Shown piece after piece: positions 15,300-41,221 of a DNA stretch of 64,000 bases. The DNA lies in NCBI GenBank assembly GCA_964016885.1, contig OZ024741.1, positions 114,886,001 to 114,950,000 of the forward strand. Reading direction: 5' to 3'. The notes under the pieces are model-generated. The model did not search any database. It was not told where the DNA came from and worked only from the letters and a program-made list of their open reading frames with translations. Position numbers and translations under genes: made by a program. This DNA is from Eledone cirrhosa. Taxonomy: Eukaryota. How positions within the stretch are numbered: position 1 is the first letter of the stretch; each line of letters starts with the position of its first letter.

Positions 15300-16240
15300 A
15301 TGAGTAGGACCAAATTACCATTCCTAGATATAATGATAATCAAAAACGACACCACAATTACCACGGATATATATTATAAACACACAGACACCCATCAATA
15401 TCTGAATTTTAAGTCGTGCCATCCACCTCATACAAAACGCAACATCCCATACTGCCTAGCCAGAAGAATTTCTACCATTGTAGAAGATACGAATACCAGG
15501 TACAAACGCCTAACAGAACTAAGAGAATTGTTGCTCAAACAAAAATACACATCTCTCCTTATAGAAAATGGCATACAGCGGGCTATACAAATACCTATAA
15601 AACAACTTAGGACAACCCAAGGAAGAAGAAACCAAGAACTGGTCATACCATTTATAATGACACACAACCCATGTCACCAGAATATCTTCAACACTGCCAA
15701 AGCAAACCTACCGATCATTGCTCAAAGTAATGAATTAAAAGGCTTAATCACAGATCGATCTTTGACTCTTAGTAAAAGACAGCCGAAAAATTTGAAGCAA
15801 TTACTAACAAAAGCAAAGTTTGACCTTAACAACAAAGACCAATCATTCACTGTATCTAAATGCAACGATAGTCGATGCGGCACATGTCAATCCATACACG
15901 CTGGTCAATATATGAAAACAAAAACTGGAAAATTATTCCCAAATGCAAATATGAACTGCAAAAGCAGAAATCTAATTTACTGCATTAAATGACCGAATTG
16001 TGAAGAAATATATGTCGGTCAAACTGGAAATGCACTATCGGAACGTTTAGGGGTACACCGACAGCAAATCAGAGACCCAAATGTCCGTCAGATACCCCTA
16101 AGTAACCATCTAGCAACATGTGGTCAGGGAATATTTATAATATTCCCATTCTACAAATAACACAGCCCAAGTGAAATCAAGAGAAAAATCAAAGAAAAGA
16201 ATTTTATTGATAAATTCAAACCCAAGCTAAATGAACAATA
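15300..16240 (+). pseudogene. PLE RT thumb plus GIY-YIG (in-frame stops)
   Basis: ORF 15300-15992 (LPFLD, TDIYYKHTDTHQYL, CxxxRCxxC) continues past a TGA into YVGQT. Confidence 0.85.
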
Positions 16241-16618
16241 ATAATGGGGGATTACTCCTACTATGACTATGACTACGACAATGTCGACTACGACCACTAA
16301 CAACAACAACAACAACAATAATAATAAAAGTGATATTGATAGTGATGATTACTACAAAATGCTATTTTCATCATTTCTAAAAATAGCAAAGCAATTGATG
16401 CTTTGGATAGGATCAATTAGTGGTCGTTAGACATGCTCAACCAACCGTGACGCCTAAACCAATCAGCTTTAGTAATTCAGTGAAACTACGCACCGATTGG
16501 TCGAAATACAGTTTGCAAGATTTAGCATTCTGGAGCCACTTTTCACTGTATATAAAGTACAAAAATTACTCACCCCATTACAGTTGAAAATTGCAAACTT
16601 GACTGTCACCACACATTA

Positions 16619-16657
16619 TGAACCTGAAGATTGCGAAAGCATGAAAGTACTTGTTCA
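16619..16657 (+). ncRNA. Minimal type I HHR
   Basis: UGAAC-CUGAAGA-U-UGC-gaaa-GCA-U-GAAA-GUAC-UU-GUUCA; palindrome AAGUACUU. Confidence 0.8.
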
Positions 16658-16818
16658 ATTAACACTTAACATTTAATATTCTATCATACTATTTCATTAT
16701 AATACCATTATAAATTTTAAAGATTGTAAATAAAACGAGTAAATCAGACAAAGTTGGAATTCCTTTTATTAATATAATCTTCTATACACAATCATACACA
16801 CCCGTGTGTATTAATCTA

Positions 16819-16946
<128 letters not shown>

Positions 16947-16947
16947 A

Positions 16948-17066
<119 letters not shown>

Positions 17067-17097
17067 TATATACATATACATATATATATACATATAC

Positions 17098-17129
<32 letters not shown>

Positions 17130-17133
17130 ATAC

Positions 17134-17208
<75 letters not shown>

Positions 17209-17209
17209 C

Positions 17210-17258
<49 letters not shown>

Positions 17259-17261
17259 TAC

Positions 17262-25602
<8,341 letters not shown>

Positions 25603-25667
25603 CATATATATATATATATATATATACATATATATATACATATACATATATGTATATATATATATAC

Positions 25668-25718
<51 letters not shown>

Positions 25719-25725
25719 TATATAC

Positions 25726-25770
<45 letters not shown>

Positions 25771-25777
25771 TATATAC

Positions 25778-25824
<47 letters not shown>

Positions 25825-25842
25825 TATATACATATACATATA

Positions 25843-25914
<72 letters not shown>

Positions 25915-26082
25915 GTTCAAGAGTAACCAATCTTAAATAAAGAGATGGAGATAGTAGAGGAGGTATGAGAGGAGAGATTGGTGAGTTAGTCAGAAGCCAA
26001 AGCGTAAAGGCATGTGCAATATGCAGTAGAAAGCAGCTAGGTGGCTGGGTTCATGCAGAAGTTAGGTGAGCAGAGCTGGAAA

Positions 26083-27809
<1,727 letters not shown>

Positions 27810-27904
27810 TTTTGGTACCCTTGAAATATATATAATAGAATAAATATGGTTTTATAAATATTGTTTCCATTCATTTAATATCATTGTATATATATATATA
27901 TATA

Positions 27905-30885
27905 TGTAAATATAAATGTGAATTAAATAGGAAAAGAAAAGAAATTATACAATTCTTTAATTACCTTAATCTAAAAGTAGAAATAGAGAATAACCATAAA
28001 ATAGTTAACTTTCTAGATGTAACATTAAACCTTAACACATGTCTTCATTATCCATTTCACAAACTAAACGAAAACTTAAACCACGTTAATTTTAACTCTA
28101 ATCACCCCAGATCCGTTAAAAATACTATAGTGAACTCTGTACAGCAACGCATTTCTAGAATTTCAGCTAATAAGAATATATTTGATTATAAAGCACATTA
28201 TTACAACGAAGCGTTGGGTAGAGCAGGGTATAGAAATAAAATTAAATACATTGATAATAATAATATATCAACTAACCATAATCTTAACAATTTTAACAAT
28301 TTTAACAACTATAATAGAAAACCTTACAATAATTCGGAAAACAAAAAAAGAAATAGAACTAGGAATATATTATGGTTCGCTCCTCCTTTCTCATTAAATA
28401 TTAAAACTCCTATTACTAAACTATTCTTTAAAGCTCTTGACAAATGCTTCTCTAGAACACATAGATATTACTCAATTTTTAATAGACATACTATAAAATT
28501 AACTTATTTATCCACCAAAATTTAGCGCAGAATATTAATAGAATTAATAATAGAAATTTAAAACCTAACCAAAATACCACTAATAACCCCAGCAATATCC
28601 CATTTGATAAATGTAACTGTAGAAATATATCTAACTGTCCGTTAAATAACAATTGCTTAGCTAAAAATATAGTATATAATTGTAATGTAAAAACTAATTT
28701 AAATTCATTTAATTATGTAGGATCTACTTCCATAGATTTTAAATCTCGTTTCAATAACCATAAAAACTCTTTTACACATGTAAACAAAAATTCTTCAACT
28801 TCTCTCTGTAGCTTATTATGGGACCTCAAATTAAAGAACGTTAAATATTCGTTGCTTTGGAATATTATTTCAAAAGCTACACCTTTTAACTCCTCTTCAG
28901 AAAATTGTGATCTTTGTATAGAGGAAATATTCTTTATATTAAAGACCAAAAATTCCCTGAATCTAAGGAGCAATTTATTCAGTTGCTGCAGACATAGATT
29001 GAACTCAACGTTTAAATATAAATTTAAAATGTAATATATAATTAATTAATTCTATTATTATATTGAATCTATCGATAAATCATTAGATTCCTTCTTTTAA
29101 CTGCTTAAACTCTCAAGTTTAAAAAAAATTTTCATAAATAAAAATAAAAAATTCTTCTAGAGAAACATAATGAAAGCTCTTAAAATGTGGAAAATATTTT
29201 ATTTGAAATTTTCTCCTATTTTTGAAAGTTTCTCTTTTGAAAGTTTCTGTTTCTTTTTCTTCTGACTATAAGATTAAGTTAAACATACTGAGAACTAAAT
29301 ATTATATAGAAAATTTAAATTTTTATACTGAATCCATTAAGATATTCTTATTTTAAAATTATATCTTGAAATATTCTATAATATTTTTTAAAAATTATAT
29401 TGATTTAAAATTATATTGCTTATAATTATATTTCCAAATCGTAATATAATTCATTTCTATTTTTTATTTTATTTTATTTTATTTTATTTTATTTTATTTT
29501 ATTTTATTATATTTTATATTATATATATTATGTACTTCAATTATACTATGTACTGTATTTTTATATCTCTCTCTCTATATCTATGTGTGTATATATATAT
29601 GTATGTATATATATATGTGTGTGTGTATGTATGTATATATATATGTGATGCATATCTACCTGTATGTGTAAGTAAGTCTATGTGTGTATATATGTGGGGA
29701 TTGTGTGTGTATATATATATGCATACAATTAGAATGCACTCGTTTATAAGGATTTTCTTAAGGTTCGTGATAAATAAACTTATATAATAACAGTCACAAC
29801 TACATAACAGGTGGATTTATTAGATATAAAACTTATATAAAAAAAATTTGTATAGTAACATAAGGTTTGTATAAGCTAACATTTCTTTTACTATCTTAAC
29901 ACTTGTAACCTTTAATATAATTAAATAACTTAATTTCCTTCACGCTGTTTCGCTATTACATATAAATGATTTTCTCTGCTTTTTCTACTATTTTCTCCGA
30001 AAAATCTATAAGTTTATGAAAATTCATATATCTTAAATTAAAAAGTCATTATATGTATGTATATGTATGTATATGTAGGTGTATGTATATATATTTATAT
30101 GTATATATATCTGTGTGTGCGTATGTATATGTATGAATATATTATTTTAATAATATATAGATTTTTTAATAATATATAGTCTTAATAATATATAGATTTT
30201 TTAATAATATATGGATCTCAATTTTTAATGTATAAATCTCAATAATCTAATTGATAAACTAAACATTTAATCATATTTAAACAATGGTTATATTGTTCTA
30301 TTATTTATGTATTTTTTTCATTCCGCTTATTTACACTTCTTTATTCATCCAATAAACATTTATTTTTTCACTTCATCTTAAAAGTTATGATAATACAACA
30401 ACCTATAACTTAGAGCTTTCTCTTTCTCTTTTCTCTCTTCTTTTTTCTTCTCTTTCTCCTTTTCTTATTTTTCTTATTTTCCTCTTGGAGTTTGCCCTTT
30501 TTTTCTTTTTTCTCTTTCTCTTTCTCCATAACCCAACGGCTTATTTAAATCTACTGTGATTTAAAAATATCCGAAACTAATTTGCATAATAGTATAAATA
30601 AATTGATAACCCCACAATCCGGGAGCTTCCAACAGAAATGGTCGCATTCTTTAAGGGTATGTCAATATTTATTTATAAAACTGCTCTACATTATATTTTA
30701 TCTGATGAAAGCACACCATAATTTAACTTGGTGTCCTTGAAATATGTATAATGAAATAAATATGGTTTTATAGATATAGTTTCCATTTGTTAATATATCG
30801 TATTTTTATTCCAATAATTTGTTGAGTGCTTTATATCAGTTATGAAAATATTTTCTTGTTGTATCCCAACAATTTAAATAGAACT
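27905..30885 (+). mobile_element. 5'-truncated Penelope-like element (CxCx5C linker type) with long 3' region ending in an HHR pLTR
   Basis: ORF 27884-28525 (VNFLDVTLNL, SNHP, WFAPPFS); downstream CNCRNISNCPL, YVGST, CDLC, CRH; HHR at 30694. Confidence 0.85.
30694..30758 (+). ncRNA. Type I HHR
   Basis: UAUUUUAU-CUGAUGA-AAGcACACCA...UGGUGUcCUU-GAAA-UAUGUA-UA-AUGAAAUA. Confidence 0.78.
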
Positions 30886-30945
30886 TCTACATATATATGT
30901 ATATATATATATATTTATAGATATATATGTATATATATATATATA

Positions 30946-31029
<84 letters not shown>

Positions 31030-31042
31030 TATATATGTATAT

Positions 31043-31099
<57 letters not shown>

Positions 31100-31128
31100 G
31101 TGTGTATATATATATGTGTATATATATA

Positions 31129-31234
<106 letters not shown>

Positions 31235-31322
31235 TGTGTGTATATATATATGTATATATATATATATGTGTGTGTATATATATATGTATATGTATATATA
31301 TATATATGTATATATGTATATG

Positions 31323-31369
<47 letters not shown>

Positions 31370-31464
31370 GTATATATATATATGTATATGTATATATATA
31401 TATGTATATGTATATATATATATATGTATATGTATATATATATACATGTATATATATATATATA

Positions 31465-32026
31465 CTGTCTCATGGTCGGGTCGTTGGCGACTAAACTGGC
31501 AACCCCACCAAGGTTTCTTGGTGAGGAGGGTGACTTTGGACATCCTGCAGGACTAAAAACAAAACCTGTCAAAGGGCAAAGGAGCTCTTAAGAGTCAATG
31601 GCCATCCAAAATCACTGGGAGAGATGACCCCTTAGCCTTTGTCAAGGCAGAATTCTAGGAGAAGGAAAACTCTGATATAACACCTGCAACCCTGATGGTA
31701 TCCAATGATGTTGACTTGTTCTTCTTTTTGGTAAATATCATCTTGGTTAAGAGAGTGGGACTGGCTTTGTGCAGTGCCTTTGCTCACTATAAAAGCTTCA
31801 CGGCACAGGCATTGCTTTATATCTGGAGATCTCTCTGCACTTGTCGTCACATGGTACCATGGGCCCAGCACTATGTGTCAATAATTGTCACAAGTGTAGT
31901 GTTTGTACCAGAGTTTTCAAGTCGCTGGCTGGACTAAAAAGTCACACTCGTTCAGCGCATCGGTAGGGGTTCTCCTACATGGATATAAAGTAGTGGCCGT
32001 ACTCGAAAACGAGTTGGCAGCCACCA
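31465..32026 (+). mobile_element. Non-coding RTE-5'UTR-like (bipartite) non-autonomous retroelement in (TA)n
   Basis: ccttagcctttgtcaaggcagaattctaggagaaggaaaactctga resembles the reverse complement of 59296-59350 upstream of the RTE ORF; second copy at 4835-5204. Confidence 0.6.
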
Positions 32027-32077
32027 TATATATATATATGTATATATGTATATATATATATATATATGTGTATGTAT

Positions 32078-32117
<40 letters not shown>

Positions 32118-32146
32118 GTGTGTATATATATGTATATATATATGTG

Positions 32147-32177
<31 letters not shown>

Positions 32178-32571
32178 GTGTATATATATGTATATATATA
32201 TATGTGAATATATATATAAATATATATATATGTATATATATATATGTATATATATATGTGTGTATATGTATATAAATATATATATATGTATATATATATA
32301 TGTATATATATATATGTATATATATATGTGTGTATATGTATATATGTGTGTATATGTATATATATGTGTATATATATATATGTGTATATATATATATGTG
32401 TATATATATATATATATATATACATATATATATACAAGTATATATATATATATATACTCATATATATACATATATATATATATATACATATACATGTATA
32501 TATATATACATATATATACTCATATATATACATATATATATATATATACATATACATGTATATATATATAC

Positions 32572-32634
<63 letters not shown>

Positions 32635-32704
32635 CATATATATACATATATATATACATATACATATATATACATATACATATAGATATATATATACATA
32701 TACA

Positions 32705-32749
<45 letters not shown>

Positions 32750-32753
32750 ATAC

Positions 32754-32797
<44 letters not shown>

Positions 32798-32800
<3 letters not shown>

Positions 32801-35800
32801 TAATTCAGTGAAACTACACACCGATTGGTCGAAATACAGTTTGCAAGATTTAGCATTCTGGAGCCACTTTTCACTGTATATAAGGTACATATTTGCCCAT
32901 CTCATTACAGTTGAAAATTGGAAACTTGACTGTCACCACACATTATGAACCTGAAGATTGCGAAAGCATGTAAGTACTTGTTCAACTAACTCTTAACATT
33001 TAATATTCTATCATACTATTTCATTATAATACCATTATAAATGTTAATATAATCTTCTATACACAATCATACACACCCGTGTATATATATCTCTCTCTCT
33101 CTATATATATTCCTATTGTGTATATGCCAACATGTCTGGAAAGCAACAAATGAAATCAACAGAATCAGAAACAATTCTGAAGGAGATATCATCGAAATTA
33201 TCAACACTTATCACGATGATTGACACACAATCCTCTATTTTAAAGGAAATAGAAAAACAATCTACAGACGGAAAACTTATAACTGAACATATAAACTCTG
33301 AAATTAAGAATTTAGGTGAAATTATACCAACAGTTATCAAAGATACAAGAGAAAGCCTACCAAAACCCCCTTGGATGTCAAAACTAAACGAAAGAAATTT
33401 GGAAAACAAAACACATCGAATAAGAAAAGAAATGTGGAAGACATGGGAAAAATTTCTTAACATAAAACAAAACTTCTGGAAAGCATACAAATGCGAAAAA
33501 TATGTCGAAACACATTCGAAATGGCTCTCTCTAACGGCACCCATACTCCCTCGTAAATACCTATATCCTACAGAAATTGCAGGAGAACCAGAAGAAGAAA
33601 CAAAACTCCGATGGGAACTTACATTGACAAAATTCAGGACCGACATCTCCATTTCTCAATGTAAATAATCCCGCTACAAAGCCAAATATGAAGCTATCGA
33701 TGACCAAATTGAAGTTGAAATTTCAAAGCTAACGACTGGTATTATAGCTGAAAAACTACGAGAACTATGGATCAGAGATATCTCGAAAGAAGAAAACAAA
33801 TCAAGAAAGGTATGGCAGCAGAAACAATTATTTCCCGACGAATATGTTGCAAATTACGGTAAAGACTCTGGAACCCTGATAAAAAGCATTAACAGTGGAC
33901 AATCTCACCAACACAACATACGCCAGAACACGTGCCAACACAAACACTCACCTTACCTTGAATCAAAAAAGAACTACGGTAATAACTCTTCGCTTTTTCT
34001 ACAAAAACACCCTATCGCACACAACATAAACAAAAAGCACAAACACGATAGATATTCCTTTGACCAGACCACGAGAAGTAGTAAAACCAGGAGATCATTC
34101 TCAAGATGTCAACAGAGACTACCCACAAGGAATGTGGAAACAAAACGTAGAATAACCAGATCACTCTCAAGATCTCAACAGAGATTACCCACAAGAAACT
34201 GGGCGAAAAAACGATCTAAACCTGAAAGCAAACCTAGGTCATTTCCCCAGATTGTGAAAAATAATGCTAACAAGAAATGGAAAAATAATATACATAATAC
34301 CAAAAATAGGACTAAATACATAACGAAACCAAATATAATATCACGACCAAAAGTTCATCAAGCGAACACCAACAGAAATATAAATCCTGAACAGAGAAAA
34401 ATCCATTTTTTAACGTCAGGACCACAAAAACCGGAAAAAGAAAAATTCCAGGAGGAAACATACCCAAAACAACTGTACACGTAGATCCTAAAATAATTAA
34501 TTTATCCAAAAGAGATCTTGACAATGATGAAATGCAAATTCTGTCAAAAGGACTGAAATTCACACAGACTCCAACAGTCAACCACCAAGAACTGAAGGAG
34601 GATACCCAAGAATTCTGTCGAAAATTACGTCTTGTCGAATTCTTCGCTGATAAAAGTAATGAGAGTGATGAATCACTAGTAAAGAATAAATCAAATTTCA
34701 CTCCGCCAAAAGGAAGAAATGTCTATCTCGACCAATACATTGACATCCTGTCTAAATTTCCTCTTAGACGTAATACTAATGTTAGGCCAAACATTAACAA
34801 ATCCGAAATGTCTGCACTTAAACGTATACAAAATGATAAAACAATAATAATTAAACAAACAGATAAAGGGGGTGCAGTTGTTATAATGGATGCTGAATAC
34901 TACAAGGATTTGGTGGAGGAACAACTGAAAGACACAACATTCTATCATGAAATACTGTCAAATATAGACCACAACATCATGAAGAAGATCAACAACCTGG
35001 CTTCAAAATACCACAACTCACTTACTGATAAGGAAAGAGAATACATCACCAATTTTGAGCCAAAACCCAGCAACCTGTATGGCCTACCGAAAGTTCATAA
35101 GTCAAAAGAAATACAACTGGCAGTAAGAGAACAAACAGTGAGTACATTAAATTACTACACCCAAAAGACTTAAAACTTAGACCTATTATAGCTGGTCCAA
35201 CATGCCCCACCCACCGTCTAAGCAATTTTGTTGACATTATTTTGAAACCACTAGGTGGATTGGCAGTATCGGTAGAGGGTCGGACGCCATGCTTTCCAGC
35301 ATAGTTACGTCCCTTTACCATCTGAGTTCAAATCCCGCCGAGGTTGACTTTGCCTTTCATCCTTACGGGGTCGATAAAATAAAGTACCAGTAATGCACTG
35401 GTAATTGCTGGCCTTGTGCCTAAAGTAGAAACAATTATTTTGAAACCACTACGTATTCACATACCCAGTTTCATCCGGGATGATTTCGACTTCCTTCCCA
35501 TCTTCCCAAAACCACAGACACGAATTCACTTCTACTCAGTTTTGATGTGGTAAGCCTTTACACTAACATTACACATGATTTAGGAATAAAGGCGGTTAAA
35601 TACTGGGTGGAAAAACATAGAGAAGTGATTGCCATCAGATTCACAGCGCCATTTATATTAGACGCAGTTAAACTTATTCTGGAAAACAACACTTTTTTCT
35701 TCAATGGAAAGAATTACATCCAAATTAGAGGCACAGTGATGGGAACGAAGTTTGCTCCCGTTTACGCGAACTCTGTAATGGGATACTTAGAACAACAACT

Positions 35801-35813
35801 CTACCAAGAAATA
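32798..35813 (+). mobile_element. 5' portion of a Penelope-like element (same family as 13624-16815) with upstream pLTR
   Basis: 32798-33085 matches 16470-16810; ORF pieces LSKGLKFT, DKGGAVVIMD, YGLPKVHK, RPII, FDVVSLYTNI, QIRGTVMGT; pLTR HHR at 32946-32984 has GAAA changed to GUAA. Confidence 0.9.
35253..35433 (+). mobile_element. Full-length Meta-domain SINE with ~18-bp TSD
   Basis: A-box-like tggcagtatcgg, B-box gagttcaaatcc; attattttgaaaccacta on both sides. Confidence 0.92.
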
Positions 35814-35980
35814 GGTAGAGGGTCGGACGCCATGCTTTCCAGCATAGTTACGTCCCTTTACGATCTGAGTTCAAATCCCGCCGAGGTTGACTTTGCCTTT
35901 CATCCTTACGGGGTCGATAAAATAAAGTACCAGTAATGCACCGGGTAATTGCTGGCCTTGTGCCTAAAGTAGAAACAATT
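35813..35980 (+). mobile_element. Meta-domain SINE truncating the PLE
   Basis: Near-identical to 35269-35437. Confidence 0.9.
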
Positions 35981-35981
35981 A

Positions 35982-36029
<48 letters not shown>

Positions 36030-36182
36030 GTATATATATATGTATATATATATGTATATATATATATGTATATATATATATGTATATATATATGTATATA
36101 TATATGTATATATATATATGTATATATATATATGTATATATATATGTATATATATATGTATATATATATATGTATATATATG

Positions 36183-36213
<31 letters not shown>

Positions 36214-36328
36214 GTATATATATATATGTATATATATATATATGTATATATATATATGTATATATATATATGTATATATATATATGTATATATATATATA
36301 TGTATATATATATATGTATATATATATG

Positions 36329-36422
<94 letters not shown>

Positions 36423-36619
36423 TGTATATATATGTATATATATATATATGTATATATATGTATATATATATATGTATATATATATATGTATATATATATC
36501 TATATGTATATATATCTATATGTATATATATGTATATATATCTATATGTATATATATGTATATATATCTATATGTATATATATGTATTTATATATATATA
36601 TGTATATATATGTATATAA

Positions 36620-37815
36620 TATTCAGAGAGGGTAGATCAACCACCAGTCACATCCTGATGCTGAAGAGGATATTAGAGGGAGCTAGAGCAAAGTGCCTTC
36701 CTGTGGTCATGGTTTTCATTGACTTTAGGAAGGCCTTTGATTCTGTGGACCGTTACTGCCTGATGAAGATCTTACAGGCTTATGGAATCCCCAAGAAGAT
36801 AGTGGACCTGATATCACTGCTCTACACCAACAACAAAGCCCAAGACATTACACCTGATGGGATGACAGAGTTCTTTGAGATACTGGCTGGAGGGCTCCAG
36901 GGAGATACATTGGCTCCCTACCTTTTTATCATCGTAGTGGACTATTGTATGCGCCTTGCACTGGAGAAACACCAGGACTCTGGCTTTACTGTAGCACCGG
37001 CTCAGAGCAGGAGAGTTAGGGCGAAAAAGGTATCGGATGCTGAATTTGCCGACGACATAGTTTTGGTGACAAATACAGTGAAGGAGGCAGAGGATTTGAT
37101 GCGGGAGGTTGAGACTGTGTCGATGAGTGTGGGGCTGAGACGAATGATACTAAAACAAAATATCTGGTAGAGAATGTTGAGAAGCCAGAGGGGATAACTA
37201 ATGTAGGCGGGAAGCCGCTGGAATTGGTTGAGGACTTCCTGTATTTGGGAGCAAAGATTGGGAATACGGAGGATGATGTGGTTGAGAGGAAGAGCAAGGC
37301 CTGGGCGGCGTCCCACAGCTTGAGATCGGTGTGGAAGTCGGACCTTCGTAGAGACCTGAAAATCCGCCTCTTCATTGCTGTAGTGGAGTCTGTGCTGCTG
37401 TATGGGTCTGAGACTTGGACACTGACCAAGAAACTCACTCAGATGGTGGATGGGTGCTACACGAGAATGCTGAGGATGGCTCTGAACATTAATCAGTATA
37501 CACTGAGGATGAAAAACTCAGAGCTGTATGGGAGCATCCCAAAAGTCAGCTCAAAAGTGACACAGAGGAGACTGAGGTTGGCTGGACATGCTCACCGACA
37601 TCCAGAGTTGACATTGCACTCAGTACTTCTTTGGGAGCCCCTACATGCCCACACTAGAAGAGGAAGACCAAGGTTAACGTATGTTGATGCCCTAAGGACA
37701 GACACTGGTCTGTTGGAGACGCAGGACATGGCAGCGATAATGAGGGACAGAGACCGCTGGAGAGAACTCGTCCATGGATCTCGGGAATTTTACCCGCCTT
37801 AGATAGATAGAGATG
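36620..37815 (+). mobile_element. 5'-truncated RTE-like non-LTR retrotransposon (RT C-terminal half, frameshifted)
   Basis: [56 protein letters not shown]; short (TAGA)n tail. Confidence 0.9.
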
Positions 37816-37834
37816 TATATATATATATATAATT

Positions 37835-39592
37835 CTATGTTCCTGTCCTTGGCCAGTCTAGTTTGGGATCGTTTCAGCCTATGTTTAAAGGAGCTTCTAT
37901 GGTTATACCAGCTCTCCTTAAACGTAGTGGAGGTCGCACCTATATATGAGTACACTTTATTGCCAGCTGTGATATCACACCGGTAAAGAATGTTTTTAAC
38001 GAGGCATTCCCCGTTTAGTGGGCATTCTATCCGTTTTTTGCAGATGTAATTAGGTGTTACCGGTGTGGTGGCACGTTGTCGGTTGGTGGCATGCTGTGTG
38101 GAACTGGCATGTGGGTTGTTATTTTGTGTTGGGTATGTGGTTTCGTTCTGGGTTGTGGTAGTGGTTTGTTGTGGGGCAACCATGTGTTTGCGTATTTTTG
38201 TTTTAATAGTGTGGCCTAGATTTGGTGCTGTGGAGAAAGAGAATTTTACAGTGTGTCTATTGAAGAGCTTGTGGTATTTATGTGTGTGTCGAAAAGATTG
38301 TTCAAGAGCCCTGAAGAAGCTTGCCGGTATATTGGTGGCAACGTGTCTAGAATACGAGGCGTTGTACCATGTGACAGGTCTACTTCGGGCTTTACGGTGT
38401 TTAGTGAGGTTTTTGTGGTTAGGCTGTAGTGTGGGTGCGTTTTGGTCATGCGTATATGTCATAGGGGTTCCTAGTAATCTATTGGCGTTATGTCTTTTGT
38501 CTCTATTACTACGTAAACGCGTGCGATAGTCAGAGTCCTTATTGGGGTTGGAGAGTATAGCTTTATCTCCTTGACAGTTGTGTTTAACGCTGCCTGCCCT
38601 GCCGGCTAAAGAGGGTCTATTATGTTTAGCGGCGTTAAGGTTCTAGTTGGGTCATTGTAAGATATCTTCTCAATGTAACCAGCCTTTTCAAGTGCAGAGT
38701 TGTAGTATTCCGGGTGCTGGTTGAAGATAGTTCTATTTGCTGCCAGGGTGGACACTCTATAGGAAACGCTTTTAACTATTGAGTTAATTATGCTCCTAGG
38801 GTGGTTGGAGTGTCTGTTGACGTATTTAAGATGTTCATTAGGTTTGTGGTATGGACGGTAGAGACCTGTGCCTAATTCCAGAGTGACAGCTAAAAAGTTT
38901 ACTGTTCTACTGTTAGGTTCAATTTCTACCGCTAATCCATGGGTCTTAAAGATATATCTAAGTCGTTTGTGTAGTCTATCTAATTGGCTATTATTGAGTC
39001 GACGGGTCATGAGTAGGGCATCGTCACGGTATAAGCAACCGCCCAAGGGGGGATCTCGTCTTTTAATATATTTAGGAGGTATAGACCTACTATATCTGTA
39101 ACCTGCGCGGAGTCAGTCGATCCCATAGTAATGTCGAAGCTATCTGGACTAATCTGTCGCTCCCAGAATCTACCGTCAAATTCTCAAGTTTTCCTAGATA
39201 CTAGTATGATGTCCACTTCCTTTCTAGTGCGGCTTGATCTGTTCATGGCCGAGATCAGTGCCTTGTTAAGGATGATTGGGTATATAGTGGCGTAGTAGTT
39301 CGTAATGTCTATTTGGACTAATCGAACATTCGACTTAGTTTCAATGCTACATAACCAGTCGATTACCTCTTTTGTACAAGACCAGAGGCTGAGTTTAGTT
39401 CAATTTCTAAGTTCGGGTATAACCCGGTCAATGATACATTTGCTTAGTCTACGTAGGTACGGTTTAGAGGGAGCTATGAGTCTGACCGGTAGTTTTGACT
39501 TAAAGTCCGGTTTATGGTCTTTAATAGATAGCCTCGGTGGCCTAGGCTTGTAGGGTTCAGTCCTGTCATCACTGCTCAGTTCCGTCATTAGC
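37835..39592 (-). mobile_element. Degenerate Penelope-like element (RT plus partial GIY-YIG)
   Basis: SIKDHKPDF, LYRDD, VNFLAVTL, SNHP, WYNASYS, ECPLNGEC, YIGATSTTFK. Confidence 0.88.
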
Positions 39593-39731
39593 AAAGAGTT
39601 ACGGCCCTTTATGATCTGAGTTCAAATCCCGCCGAGGTTAACTTTGCCTTTCATCCTTACGGGGTCGATAAAATAAAGTACCAGTAATACACTGGGTATT
39701 TGCTGGCCTTGTGCCTAACGTAGAAACAATT
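39593..39731 (+). mobile_element. 5'-truncated Meta-domain SINE
   Basis: Same family consensus. Confidence 0.88.
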
Positions 39732-39821
39732 GTTTTCGCTTGTTTGTTTATGTGTGCTAGGTTTTCCCGTGTTGATGTTTTGTATATTTTAGCAATTTCA
39801 TTTGTAATGCATTTGTTTTAA

Positions 39822-39911
<90 letters not shown>

Positions 39912-39930
39912 ATATAAGTACGTGCATATA

Positions 39931-39997
<67 letters not shown>

Positions 39998-40828
39998 TAT
40001 TTTCCGTTGTGTTGTAATATAAATATTACACACGGTAGATTATCAGCTCACGTAGAGTTTGCTCGACGGTTCCAGTTGTAGTTCCAAAAGTAATCCGGAG
40101 AAAAATAGAAAGATTTGAATGGATACAGTTTAGTTGAAAGGAATTTATTGACACGTGTTTCTATAACAGTTACATAACCTAAAACAGCTATCTACAAACT
40201 TTTAGTTATGCAGACATTCAATATTTCAATGTTATTATTTACTCTCATTTCATCAGAATAATATTACTGAGGACCTATTTAGTTTTTATAGAGAATATTA
40301 GGAGGGAGGGGTGAAGTTGTTAGAAGAATAGTTGAAGGAGTGGTTTTTCGATAGCAGTGAGAATTCTTTGTGGCAGTGAGTAATTAGATTCCCATCTGTT
40401 GTTTTGACATTTTTTATAGAATATATTATTGGTTATTTTTCTAAATCTATAGAAGGATTAGAGATAGTAAAGATATGCGTGGTTGGTTTTGTGTTTGCAC
40501 TTAATTAACATTCAGACTTAAATTTTTCTTTCAAGTGCACGTATCCTTTCACCCACGCATTCACACACAAATATATTTGCACACCTCTACAAAATACATA
40601 TATAAACAATTCACATATTCATACTTACATATATATACACATGCATACGCATATATATACACACATGTATTCATGTACATACATACGCGCTCATGTGTAT
40701 ACATTTTCATACTCAACTTATCTTTATATACACACGTATAGACACACACATATATACATACATACTCTAGTCCATGTGTACACACATACACATACATACA
40801 CATCCATATACACATACATACATACACA

Positions 40829-40906
<78 letters not shown>

Positions 40907-41221
40907 TACACATATATACATATACACACATATACATATATATATATATATAAGCACTTTAATACATGAATACACTTACATCTAACTATACACATCAAAC
41001 ATATATATATATTTACTTATTTATATACATTTTCACATATATATACATACTTATGGACGTTTTTAGACACATTCATTATCGCATATTTGTACCTATTCTC
41101 ATCAGCATATCTTTTCATTATTAGTATGGTAATTTAAGGTTATTAATATATGTTGAGAAGAGATTGTTTTTATATTTTTCTAACTAGATTAAGGTTTATA
41201 TAGTTGGGGGATGTCCCTCTT

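Larger units (their letters stand above)
13624..16815. mobile_element. Penelope-like element: two 5'-truncated copies in inverted, tail-out arrangement
   Basis: Minus arm 13624-15045 and plus arm about 15045-16815 are near-identical reverse complements; RT RYLDD/LPFLD; GIY-YIG LIYCIKCPNCEELYVGQT; HHR in each 3' end. Confidence 0.92.

Noticed and set aside
15990-15992. In-frame TGA at a Cys position in GIY-YIG as selenocysteine
   Set aside because: The sister arm has Cys (CIKCPNC) and this arm has another stop downstream, so a point mutation is more likely
31465-31560. HDV-like ribozyme at the RTE-like 5' end
   Set aside because: Could not build the nested double pseudoknot by eye; needs a descriptor search
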